Shown piece after piece: positions 1 through 12,100 of a stretch of 64,000 nt of DNA (position 1 is the stretch's first letter; the number at the start of each line of letters is the position of its first letter). The notes beneath the pieces were generated by a model. It saw only the letters and a list, made by a program, of their open reading frames with translations, was not told the origin of the DNA and ran no database searches. The position numbers and the translations under genes are program-made. Source of the DNA: Scyliorhinus canicula (taxonomy: Eukaryota); the NCBI RefSeq assembly GCF_902713615.1, contig NC_052158.1, positions 19,588,546 through 19,652,545 on the forward strand, read 5' to 3'.

Positions 1-264
1 ACCATTTATTGACTTATTTGCGGGAGAGTGAGTGTCAGCAGGGGGAGGGGATTTGGGGGAGGGGGGGGGGGGTAGAGTAGGAGGGAAAAAATGGCGGGTA
101 GTGCCGATGGGAGAGGAGCGGGCTTGTGCAGTGTGTTACGATTGAAGTATTGAATGTACGTGGATGTTTGCGCATTTTTGCCTTTTTTGCTTTCTTTCTG
201 TTGATGTCTGTAACTGTTGACAAAGCCAAAAACTACCTCAATAAAATTGTTTATTAAAAAAAAA
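1..264 (+). mobile_element. L1/Tx1-clade LINE 3' end
   Basis: ORF2 terminus PFIDLFAGE* (like WQPFVDFLAEN* in other copies here), G-rich 3' UTR, AATAAA and poly-A. Confidence 0.8.
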
Positions 265-389
265 GATGTTTATGATCGATTTCTATCTCCCTTTTCAACA
301 TAAAAATGTTTTACCATCCTACCTCTGTCCACTCCCCTCACCCTATCCCTGTCACCCCACCGAACCTGCGCAGCTTTAGACAGTAAGAA

Positions 390-585
390 GCAATTGAGCG
401 CGGCCAATCACCTAACCTGCACATCTTTGAAATGTGGGAAGAAACTGGGGCACCCGGAGGAAACCCACGCAGACACGGGGAGAACGTGCAGACTCCGCAC
501 AGACTGTGACCCAAGGCCGGAATTGAACCCGGGTCCCTGCGGCTGTGAGGCAGCAGTGCTAACCACTGTGCCACCGTGCCGTCCC
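390..585 (-). mobile_element. V-SINE (HE1-like)
   Basis: tRNA-like head (TGGCACAGTGG, GGTTCAATTCC) plus V core GTGTCTGCGTGGGTTTCCTCCGGGTG. Representative of more than 40 copies in the window. Confidence 0.85.
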
Positions 586-803
586 CTACTTCTGTTTGCA
601 GCCAATACTGCGAGCATGCATTTTGCTGAACACTGGCACACATCCATATTTCCATAAAAATTGCACTTAAACAGCAAAATGAAAGAGTAATTTCATTTCT
701 GACGACAATAATGTGCGAAAGCTACAGGAATGTCCATTTACTAAAGTTTCAGAGCACCAGCTGTATTTCGAACTTGCCACCTGTATTTGAAACCAATACT
801 TAC

Positions 804-877
804 AAGACATTCAGGCTGATGAGAACCTGTCACATTGAGGCTTGGAGCTCTCGGTCTCCCTTTATTGTGGTTTCTAT
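804..877 (-). CDS. Exon 9: start of cytoplasmic tail
   Basis: 74 nt, acceptor ttcaccaccaacag|, donor CTT|gtaagt (phase 0); YRNHNKGRPR basic stop-transfer right after TM5. Confidence 0.7.
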
Positions 878-3800
878 CTGTTGGTGGTGAACGTACAGAT
901 GCAATGAGTTGTAACAATGACAAAATGAACAGAGCAGAGGGTTTCAATAAAGAGATTATTAAAATACCGGCCCATATATCCTTTATGGCAATAGAGAGTG
1001 TGAAAATTGAAAGAGGAGGCACTGGAAAGGCTGGCTATGCTTCGGCTAGGTAAGTCACCTAGTCTGGATGATTTACATCACAGCTTCCTGAAGGAAGTGG
1101 GGATACCTGTAGTGGGAGAACTTCCCTTGATTTTTTTTATCTTTCCCAGATATGAAATAAATGTCACAGGAATCAAGAACGGTAAGAAGTGTGTCAGAAT
1201 AGTCCTAAAAACTACAGGCCAGTTAGTCCAATATCAGTGGTGAGTAAGGTTGTGGAATCTATAAAACAGAAGAAAAAAAAAATCAACAGGCACTTGGAAA
1301 AGTGGAGTTAATTAAGGAGAATCAGCATTGGTTTCTTAAAGGTCGATCATGCTTGACTAATCTGACTGAATATTTTATAATAATCTTTATTAGTGGCACA
1401 AGTAGGCTCACATTAACACGCCAATGAAGTTACTGTGAAAATCCCCCCGTCTCCACACTCTGGCACCTGTTCAGATACAAAGAGGGGGAGAATTCAGAAT
1501 GTCAATTTACCGAACAAACACGTCTTTCGAGACTTGTGGGAGGAAACTGGAGCACCCGGAGGAAACCCACGCAGACACGGGGAGAAGGTGCAGGCTCCGC
1601 ACAGACTGTGACCCAAGCCGGGAATCGAACTTGGGTCCCTGGCGCTGTGAAGCAACAGTGCTAACCACTGTGCTACCACAGAGAAGGTTTGATGAAATAC
1701 ATGTGGTGGATATTGTCTGCATAGATTTTAAGAACGAGTTTGACAAGGTATCACATAAAAGGTTGCTTAACAATGTTGGCACTCATTGAATAAAAGGATC
1801 AGTATGCAATTGGATTTTAAAAATTGGCTTTTGGACAGAACACAGGAAGTCTTGGCAGCTAGTTGTTCTCTGACTGGAGGCTGGTAGTCAGTGGGGCCCC
1901 CCAGTGCTTGGTGCACTGTTTCTTTATTATATGTTAATGACTTATATCTTGGAATACAGTGTAAACATTTAAACTATTTTGGCAGAAGGGAAAGGTGGGG
2001 GAAATTCAGATTTAATGGCACAATTCGTAAGAGTGTGCAGGAGCACAGGGACCTTACATGCAATGATCTTTGAATGTGGCAGGATATATTGAGCAGGTAG
2101 CTCGCAAGGCATAGAAAATAGAAAATCGCTTATTGTCACAAGTAGGCTTCAAATGAAGTTACTGTGAAAAGCCCCTAGTCGCCACATTCTGGCGCCTGTT
2201 CGGGGAGGCTGTTACGGGAATTGAACCGTGCTGCTGGCCTGCCTTGGTCTGCTTTCAAAGCCAGCGATTTAGCCCTGTGCTAAACAGCCCCTTTGGCATA
2301 TGGCATCACCATGGGTTTCCTACAGGGAGGCAAAAGCAGGGAGGTTATACTGAACCTAGATGAAGCTATGGATAAGGCCCGAACTAGAATACTGCATCCA
2401 CATTGTTATAACCCACAAGGGTATTATGGGGTAGGGTTGATTAACTACCCCGTGGATCTTGCAGAATATGAGCTCCCCCAATAAGGGGGCGGGGGCCCTG
2501 CACAATACTTGGCTTTGTATAAATAGTCAGCCAGTAAGGCACCAACTGGAGAAGATGGTGTAGGGAACTATTGGAGCTGTCTTTAATAGCTGTTGTAAAA
2601 TAAAGGGTGGGAATTTTCAACACCGCCCGCCCGGAGACCGGAAATTCTCGCCCGAGGTCAACAGACCGTCACATGGTCCCCGTCCCGAACCGTCCGTGGC
2701 AATTTTGCAACTGGCGCGGCCGAAAAATCCAGCCCAAAGTAAGTTTTTGTTTGGACCTGCTCGGTGTGGACCCTTCATTGCTCTTACAAAATGCCCTTTG
2801 GGATATATGTCATAACCTTGCACAACCATCAAATCTGCCCTCCATCCCGTTCCTCAAAGCAGAACCGCAGCCTTTCCAACATAATATTATCATGAAGATT
2901 CCCAATGCCAGGAACCATTCTAGTAACTCTCCTCTGCACCTTCTGCCACCATCGCAGGCTCAGATCAGTTAGATTAAAATAAACTCCCATTTGACGATGG
3001 TACACGGAGTAAGTGACACAGGCTGTTTAGCACAGGGCTAAATCGCTGGCTTTGAAAGCAGACCAGCAGCACGGTTCGATTCCCGTACCAGCCTCCCCGA
3101 ACAGGCGCCGGAATGTGGCGACTAGGGGCTTTTCACAGTAACTTCATTGAAGCCTACTCGTGACAATAAGCGATTTTCATTTCATATTTATATACAGAAT
3201 TTCTATAGCTTCAAACATCCTGACACTGAGCTAACTTTAGAAAAGGCAGACTCTCTTTTAGCATAGATGTTACGTCCTGCTAGTTTTGTGTTCTTCATAA
3301 CCCAGCACCCATAACCCCTCCCCCACTCCGGATAGGATGTTTCCTCCCCCTGCCACACCTCCTGGAGCAATTTTCATCCTCACCAACATGCCATTCCTCC
3401 CCCCCCCCTCCCTGTTCTTCACCTCTTCCCCCCCTTATCTCTCTCTTTCCCTCCCAGGCTGCTCAGAATCTGGGGCTGGCTGGACCCCGAGGTGATGGTG
3501 TAGTTCTCTCTAGGGTGGATATGGGTGAGGAGGTCCCCGAGATTAAACGAAAGGGAAAATGCTGGAAAATCTCAGCTAGTCTGGCAGCATCTGTAGGGAG
3601 AGAAAAGAGTTAACGTTTCGAGTCCGATGACTCTTTGCCAAAACTCTGAGATTAAGGTGTGGTGTAGGTTGTGTATAAAAGAGAATAAAGCCCGCGGCAG
3701 GAGGTGAACAGGATGATATGATTTAGCATGAATGATATAATTTACACTACTGTTGTGGCGGAGAGTGTGGGAAGTCAAAACATCCAGTCATTCAAAGCTC

Positions 3801-6800
3801 TTTGCACCCATTACAACAGTTCTGATACAACTTGTTACCACATCAACATTACTTACATAGGATGTAAACTGTAAACACGATAAAAGATAAAATGAATGGC
3901 ACCATCACAGCAAGAATTAGAGTTGCTTGTAGATTGTCTGCTGGCCCACATTCATTATCTGCAATAGATATCACCGTATAAACACATAAATTGCAGTTCT
4001 AATTTGCACATTACTTAAGACTCATGATAGTATAGTTAAAACAATTATGGTGTAACATATATTGTACGACTATATACAACACACAGTTCATTCAAAAAAA
4101 TCAATAGGAAGGTTGATATATAATATAATTAACTATACCTGTTACATGAAGAGAATTGATTGTGCAAAATGCACAGCATCAGAATATGCATTGTTAGTCT
4201 GTTGCCAAAATAGGAACTAGGTTCATTCTGACAGGAATAGATTTACTTAAATCACTGATTGTATCTTAGCCTCGGAAAGTAACAAGCGTCTGGAACAAGT
4301 TTGTTCCTTTTAAGATGGAGTATTTTTTCCCACTTGGAAAAACCCTGAAGGAACCCATGGGGACGATCCAATTGATCTGCCCATGGAAGCCGTGGAATAC
4401 GAGCTTCCTCATTAATGGGCGGAGGCCCATCAGCTAGGGTTTATAGAATCAATCATTAACAGCTGGCCCGATGTGCTGTCTGCTGCGTTGCTGCCTTATC
4501 CTTTGGCTGAAAATAAACGGCTGTTTTGATTCTCCTTCCTGGGGCACCTGAACTGTTGTAACACTCAATATCCTTCCCACCTCACGTCAACGATGGCTCA
4601 GAAGGTTGAAATGCCAACTTCACAGAATCACAGAATTGTCATGGGCGCAGAAGGAGGCCATTTGGCCCATCGTGTCTGCACCGGCTCTCCAACTGAGCCG
4701 AGTGTCCTTCCCCTATATTTTACCTTTTGAACAAATTACTGAGTGGCCTGCAGACAGCACTCGGAACCTCTTCTTTTCCTTTTTGCTGGACACTAGCTCT
4801 AAAAATGAAGCCTCTAAACTTTAGAAGTCCTTTATTGCAGCCCTCAAATTTCCTTTATTTGCCAAACTTAAACGATCCAATCGTCTGAAATGCAGAAACT
4901 GGAATGATTGGGTCTCCTCTGACTTTCCTTTGGGGATGTGAGTAACTCTAGTCTCTCTATTCTTGAAATGGCTGAGGGAGCGACCGAAAAAGTCTTTAAA
5001 ATTACAACAGGTTTTCATGGATAAATGGCTCAAACTGTTGGGAAGAGGGAAGAGTAAACTAGAGGCCAGCAATATAAAATAGTCACCATGAAATCAAATA
5101 GGGAATTGATAAAAAACCTTTCACCATACTGTGGAGAGAATGCAAAACATAATACCGTGCAAGCACAAGTAAGCATCGATGCAAATAATATTAGTCCATC
5201 ATAGAATTTACAGTGCAGAAGGAGGCCATTCGGCCCATCGAGTCTGCACTGGCTCTTGGAAAGAGCACCCTACACCCAAGGTCAACACCTCCCCCTATCC
5301 CCATAACCCAGTAACCCCACCCAACACTCAGGGCAATTTTGGGCACTACGGGCAATTTATCATGGCCAATCCACCTAACCTGCACATCTTTGGACTGTGG
5401 GAGGAAACCGGAGCACCCGGAGGAAACCCACGCAGAGAAGGGGAGGATGTGCAGACTCCGCACAGACAGTGACCCAAGCCGGAATCGAACCTGGGACCCT
5501 GGAGCTGTGAAGCCATTGTGCTATCCACAATGCTACCGTGCTGCCCCTAAGGGAATGTTGAGTTAAACATATCAGCCGGAATTCTCTGCTGCCGCCGGCA
5601 ACCGGGCCCGCAGGCTTCCCGACGGCATGGGGTGACTTCAATGGGAAATCCGATTGACAAGCAGCGGGAATGGAGAGTCCTGCCGCCAGCGAACGGCGTG
5701 CTGCCGAGGCTGAGGAACTGGAGAATCCAGCCATGACAGGGAAAGGAAGGGTTAGGTCATAACATTTTATGGGCAGCATGGCAGCACAGTTGTTAGCACA
5801 GTTGCTTCACAGCTCCAGGGTCCCAGGTTCAATTCCCGGCTTGGCGCACTGTCTGTGTGGAGTCTGCACCTTCTCCCCATGTCCGCGTGGGTTTCCTCCG
5901 GGTGCTCCAGTTTCCTCCCACAGTCCAAAGATGTGCAGGTTAGGTGGATTGTCCGTGTTAAATTGCCCTTAGTGTCCAAATAGGTTAGGTGCGGTTACGG
6001 GGATAGAGTAGAGGTGTGGGGTGTTCTTTCCAAGGGTCGGTGCAGACTAAAGGGGCCGAATGGCCTCCTTCTGCACTGTAAATTCTATGTCCATGTCCAT
6101 AACAGTTAACTAAGAAGGGATGAAGGGAAGTGTGAGAAGAGAATTCATATTGGAATGGACTTTTTGGAGCCCCATGGTCTGTCTGCGCACTGTATTCTCA
6201 AAGTCATTAGAGGTATTCATTTTAAAATTGTCACTCAAGTAAAATGGCATTTTAAGAGAAATTTATTTCCACAGGATAAAATGCTTTACCACAGGGAGCG
6301 GTTCAAATGGGAACCATTTAATTTAATAAAGGAAATTTGGACAAATATTTGAAACGGAGAGCTCAACAGGGCTGTGAGGAGACAGCAGAGCAGAGTGATT
6401 AGATTCAGATTGATTCAACAAAGTTTACAGGAAACATCAATCTTTGATTTGACAAAAGTGACTGCGCCATTAGCTCTCCTAATCAGATTACTAATGAGAC
6501 GTCACTTTCAGAATTTACTTTCAGTCCAAAGATGTGCTCGGTGGATTGGCCGTGATCAATGCGCGGAGAAATGGGGCGGGGGAGTTGGCCGAGGTAGAGT
6601 GGTCTTTCGGAGGATCGGTGAAGACTCGAGAAGGTCAAACGCCTTCATTCTGCACTGTAGGGATTCAATGGTCTCATTAATTTGCTGGCGACAATTTTAC
6701 CATTGAAGACTCACCAGCTCGATCCTTTAATTTCACAATCAGGAATATTGAGGCACACAACACACTGATTGAACCGGATGTAGTTACTTCACCCATTCCC

Positions 6801-9063
6801 TTCAGACAGCAAACTGGCAACAAATAAAACACAGTTACAGAGTGAACACATTACAAACACCTCGCATACCAGGAGGTTATTGGATCATCTGGGTGCAGTA
6901 AACGCAGGAAAATAGGCAGGAAAAATCTACATCCTGAATAGTCTGCCAGATATTCTATCCATTTAAAATCAGAGAGAAAATCATAATCTTGCTTATGGAT
7001 GTTTACACCTCTCTGCCCAATTTTTCTGTATTTGGTATGCCTGGATGGTCCAATACTCCCAAGAGCAGAAATGTATTCTCTTTGTCTTCCTCTACCGAGC
7101 TTGTGGTCCTAATCTAAGTGTGTGGCTGACCCTGGCATTAATTCATTGTCAGACTGTTCCCTCGTTCAGTATTTATTTCAAAACAATTAGCATTTGGACC
7201 ATCGTATCTCAACTGGTGATGGCCTCATCATTTAGAACTGACAGCCTAGAAATGCTAGTTCTCCTTTTTGCCCCTTCTAGTCCCCCAAGTTCCAATCCTG
7301 GGATGTGGTGGACAACAGACATTAGAAGAACACAACAACTAGGAGCAGGAGTAGGCCATCTGGGCCCTCGAGCCTGCTCCACCATTCAATGAGATCATGG
7401 CTGATCTTTTGTGGACTCAGCTCCACTTTCCAGCCTGAGTACCATAACCCTTAATCCCTTTATTCTTCAAAAAACTATCTTTATCTTAAAAACATTTTAT
7501 GAAGGAGCCTCAACTGCTTCACTGGGCAAGGAATTCCATAGATTCACAACCCTTTGGGTGAAGAAGTTCCTCCTAAACTCACTCCTAAATCTACTTCCCC
7601 TTATTTTGAGGCTATGGCCCCTAGTTCTGCTTTCACCCGCCAGTGGAAACAACCTGCCCGCATCTATCCTATCTATTCCCTTCATAATTTTATATGTTTC
7701 TATAAGATTCCCCCCGTATCCTTCTAAATTCCAACTTCCCTAGCCATCTTTTTTACCACTCTGGGATGCATTCCATCTGAGCCAGGAGACCTGTCTACCT
7801 TTAGCCCCATTAGCTTGCCCATCACTACCTCCTTAGTGATAACAATCATCTCAAGGTCCTCACCTGTCATAGCCTCATTTCCATCAGTCACTGGCATGTT
7901 ATTTGTGTCTTCCACTGTGAAGACCGACCCAAAAAACCTGTTCAGTTCCTCAGCCATTTCCTCATCTCCCATTGTTAAATCTCCCTTCTCATCCTCTAAA
8001 GCAGTGCTTCTCAAAGTGTGGTACGCGTACCGGTGCCGGTACACGAGCCATCGTCTGCCGGTATGTGGAGTACTCCCAGAAAAGAAACACTTTCACATTT
8101 GATACAGCGCAAAGGTGAGTGCTGAGCTGGGGGGGGGGAGGTTGCGTCCTCGGGCCGTGCTGGGGGGTTGCGTCCTCGGGCCGTGCTGGGGGGTTGCGTC
8201 CTCGGGCCGTGCTGGGGGATTGCGTCCTCGGGCCGTGCTGGGGGATTGCGTCCTCGGGCCGTGCTGGGGGATTGCGTCCTCGGGACGTGCTGGGGGATTG
8301 CGTCCTCGGGCCGTGCTGGGGGATTGCGTCCTCGGGACGTGCTGGGGGATTGCGTCCTCGGGCCGTGCTGGGGGATTGCGTCCTCGGGCCGTGCTGGGGG
8401 ATTGCGTCCTCGGGCCGTGCTGGGGGATTGCGTCCTCGGGCTGAGCTGATGGGGGGGGTTGCGTCCTCGGGCTGAGCTGATGGGGGGGGTTGCGTCCTCG
8501 GGCCGAGCTGATGGGGGGGTTGCATCCTCGGGCCGTGCTGAGGGGGGGTTGCGTCCTCGGGCCGAGCTGATGGGGGGGTTGCATCCTCGGGCCGTGCTGA
8601 GGGGGAGTTGCGTCCTCAGGCCGTGCTGAGGGGGGGTTGCGTCCTCAGGCCGTGCTGAGGGGGAGTTGCGTCCTCGGGCCGTGCTGGGGGGGATTTGCGT
8701 CCCCGGGCCGTGCTGGGGGGGGATTTGCGTCCCCGGGCCGTGCTGGGGGGGATTTGCGTCCCCGGGCCGTGCTGGGGAGGGGGGGGGGGTGCGTCCTCGG
8801 GCCGTGCTGGGGAGGGGGGGGGGGGGGGGGTGCGTCCTCGGGCCGTGCTGGGAGGGAGGGGGGGGGGGGGGGTGCGTCCTCGGGCCGTGCTGGGGGGGAG
8901 GAGGGGGGGGGGGGGTGCGTCCTCGGGCCGTGCTGGGGGGGGGGGGGTGCGTCCTCAGGCCGTGCTGGGGGGGGGTTGCGTCCTCAGGCCGTGCTGGGGG
9001 GGGGGGGGTTGCGTCCTCAGGCCGTGCTGGGGGGGGGGGGGGGTTGCGTCCTCGGGCCGTGCT

Positions 9064-9106
<43 letters not shown>

Positions 9107-12100
9107 GCATCCTCGGGCCGTGCTGGGAGGGGGGGGTGCGTCCTCAGGCCGTGCTGGGGGGGGGGTTGCGTCCTCAGGCCGTGCTGGGGGGGGGGGGGGT
9201 GAGTAGGCCGTGCTGGGGGGGGGGGGGGGGGTTGCATCCTCGGGCCGTGCTGGGGGGGGGTTGCATCCTCGGGCCGTGCTGGGGGGGGGGGGGGGGGGTT
9301 GCATCCCTCGGGCCGTGCTGGGGGGGGGGGGGGGGGTTGCATCCCTCGGACCGTGCTGGGGGGGGGGGGTTGCATCCCTCGGACCGTGCTGGGGGGGGGG
9401 GGGGGGTTGTATCCTCGGGCCGTGCTGGGGGGGGGGGGGTTGCATCCTCGGGCCATGCTGGGAAGGCTGTATCCTCGGGCCGTGCTGGGGTTGGGGGGGG
9501 GGGGGAGGTTGCGTCCTTGGGCCGTGCTGAGGGGGGGTTCCGTCCTCGGGCCGTGCTGACGGGGGGGTGCCTGAATCCTCGGGCCGTGCTGAGCGGGGGC
9601 GGGGGGGGGGGCTGCATCCTCGGGCCGTGCTGAGCGGGGGGGGTTGCGTCCTCGGGCCGTGCTGGGGGGGGGTTGCATCCTCGGGCCGTGCTGGGGGGGG
9701 GGGGTTGCATCCTCGGGCCGTGCTGGGGTGGGGGGGTGGGGGGGGGGGAGGTTGCGGCCTTGGGCCGTGCTGAGGGGGGGGGGGGGGGTTGCGTCCTCGG
9801 GCCGTGCTGAGCCCGGGGGGGTGATCTCAATTCACTGGCCCATCCCTCTTCCACTGGAAAATGCACAGCTATAAAAATGAAAGAAATATTACATTATCTC
9901 AGCTGGTAAAACTGCACTGACAATGTGACTTGTTTATATCTTGATAATGAATATTTAGAGTGAAAACATTGATTCCCTTTGGTTTCAGACATGATAACAG
10001 CTGAATGAGAGATAGCAGCTTCAACACTAAAATTTGTTCTTGCTTTCGCTGTTCCTGTCTCCCTCCCCCACTTATCCATTCCCCTCCCTCTCTTATTCTG
10101 TGTCTTCCTCCCTTTCTCTCTCTCTCTCTCGCACTCCTCACCCCCCCCCCCCCCCCCTCCCAGCCACTTCTTCACCCTGTGTTAAGTGAGTCCCAATTTA
10201 CTGCCTTGGTTCGTGCGTTTTGTGAATCTTGGATAGACAAACAGTGGTCCATTCCTACAGTGTGTTCTCTCACTACAGAAATAATAGGTCAGAAAAAAGG
10301 GAAAATGTCCATGCCATTCCACTGAAACCCGTAATGTTAGGTTGCTAATTACCTCTACAATAATTCAAGTGAACAGGTCTTGTGCTTGTTGGTGAATCAA
10401 TCACCTTCAAATTCTGGATTAAACACAAAGGTACCTTGCACAGTTTGGCCACATTTCAAATATTTCATGTTCTTCTATGGCTCAATAAAAACAAAATAGA
10501 TCTGAGTTTAAACAATCATTAGCAAACAGAGTTTTCTTTGAAGAAAGGAAAGAAGTATTGGGCGCATTTCAAAAGCTTCCAATAAAATGAAAGTGAATGT
10601 AGAAATATCATACATTCAACATTCTTCGCACATTAACACTGAAATGCCTGTTGCCTCAGTTGATATTCCTTTTGTCTCTGAATCAAAAGTTTCTAATTGG
10701 GGGAGAAGTTAGACAGCAGTTCAGTCTGCCGTCTGGGACGTGCTTCAACAAGACTTCCAAATAAATGATGTGTACACTTATCTCCTTGTTTTTGACAACT
10801 TGTGCACAAAATGGCGGTCATGCTTGTCCTTCAGAGTACCACGTTGCATTTGACATGCTTTAATATCCCAAATTTACAGATGGCAAAGCGAGGCCCAATG
10901 GACATGTTTATCAAACCAAGACATCCAGTTGCTGAACACACAAATAATTCTGAAGCAGATGACAACGATGTAATTGAAACCGAAGTGTTGCCGGCAAAAA
11001 GAGTTCGTACTAGCTTTACTCAGAAATATGAGTCCTCATACATTCAATTCGGTTTTGTAGCCACAAATGATGCGGGAGTGCAAAAACCGCAGTGTGTTAT
11101 TTGTGGAGATGTGTTGGGTAATGACTCAATGAAGCCGTCAAACCTCAAAAGACATTTAAATACGCAACATAAAGAAATGAGTTCAAAGTCGAAAGAGTTC
11201 TTTGAAAGAAAGCATGTTGATTTAAAAGGCTGTCAGAAACAGATCTTTGAAGTGTCACACACAAATACTTGTGCTTTGCGGGCTTCTTATAAAGTAGCAC
11301 TTCGAATTGCTAAAGCTAAAAAGCCATACACAATTGGTGAGATGCTAGTGATAGGCTGTATTAAAGATGTTTGCATAGAAGTACTGGGTGAGCCGGCAGC
11401 AAGGAAAGTGGCTCAGGTTCCACTTTCAAATTACACTATAGCTCGACCAATTTACGATCTGGCACACGATATGGAAGATCAGCTCATAGGACAGATTAAA
11501 TTAGCAAAGTACTTTTCTTTGCAGCTTGGTGAATGTACAGATGTTGCTAATCAGGCAGTTCTGATGGTGTATGTGCGCTTTGAACATGAGGGTGATTTGA
11601 AAGAAGAGTTTTTTTTCTCTTCTTCACTACCAACAAAAACAACTAGTTCTGAAGTGTTCAAGACTGTGAGGGACTACATCGTTAACAAATGTGGGTTGGA
11701 TTTCAAGTTTTGTGTAGGCGTATGTACTTATGGTGCTGCCACAATGATAGGACGGCATTCAGGAATGGTTGCCCAGATCAAGGCGCTTGCCCCAGAATGT
11801 AAGTCAACACACTGCTTCCTTCACCGAGAAAGTCTTGCAACAAAAAAAATGTCAACAGAACTAAATAGTGTGCTCAGTGAGGTTGTAAAAATTGTGAACC
11901 ATGTAAAAGCAAATGCTTTAAATTCGAGACTCTTCACTGCATTATGTAATGATATGGGGGCGGATCATAAACAGCTCCTGTTGCATGCCGTTGTACGTTG
12001 GTTATCAAGGGGAAAAGTTTTGTCAAGGGTATTTGAGCTACGTAACGAACTTGCCGTGTTTCTTGAGGACAAAAAACCAAATTTGTCACAAATGTTCCGA

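Larger units (their letters stand above)
950..3010 (+). mobile_element. Decayed CR1 LINE ORF2 (RT region), fragmented
   Basis: GKSPSLDDLH, NYRPVS, KGRSCLTNL, DFKNEFDKVSH, VNDL, KSREVILNL..RPELEYC; interrupted by SINEs, an LTR and a MITE. Confidence 0.8.

Noticed and set aside
408-665. Candidate terminal exon after acceptor ttttgctgtttaag (CNFYGNMDVC...)
   Set aside because: Phase fits, but the frame runs into a V-SINE before stopping; it cannot be supported without transcripts, and the true last exon may lie outside the window.
835-1053. Plus-strand ORF with a signal-peptide-like start (MRLGALGLPLLWFL)
   Set aside because: Antisense to exon 9 and runs into a CR1 remnant; no supporting exons.
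8137-9815. CRISPR-like repeat-spacer appearance (also 43845-44860)
   Set aside because: Spacers are poly-G rather than unique sequences, the DNA is vertebrate, and no cas genes are present; these are minisatellites.
7989-9874. Long Pro/Gly-rich ORFs up to 555 aa
   Set aside because: Translations of the hAT tandem array in several frames on both strands.
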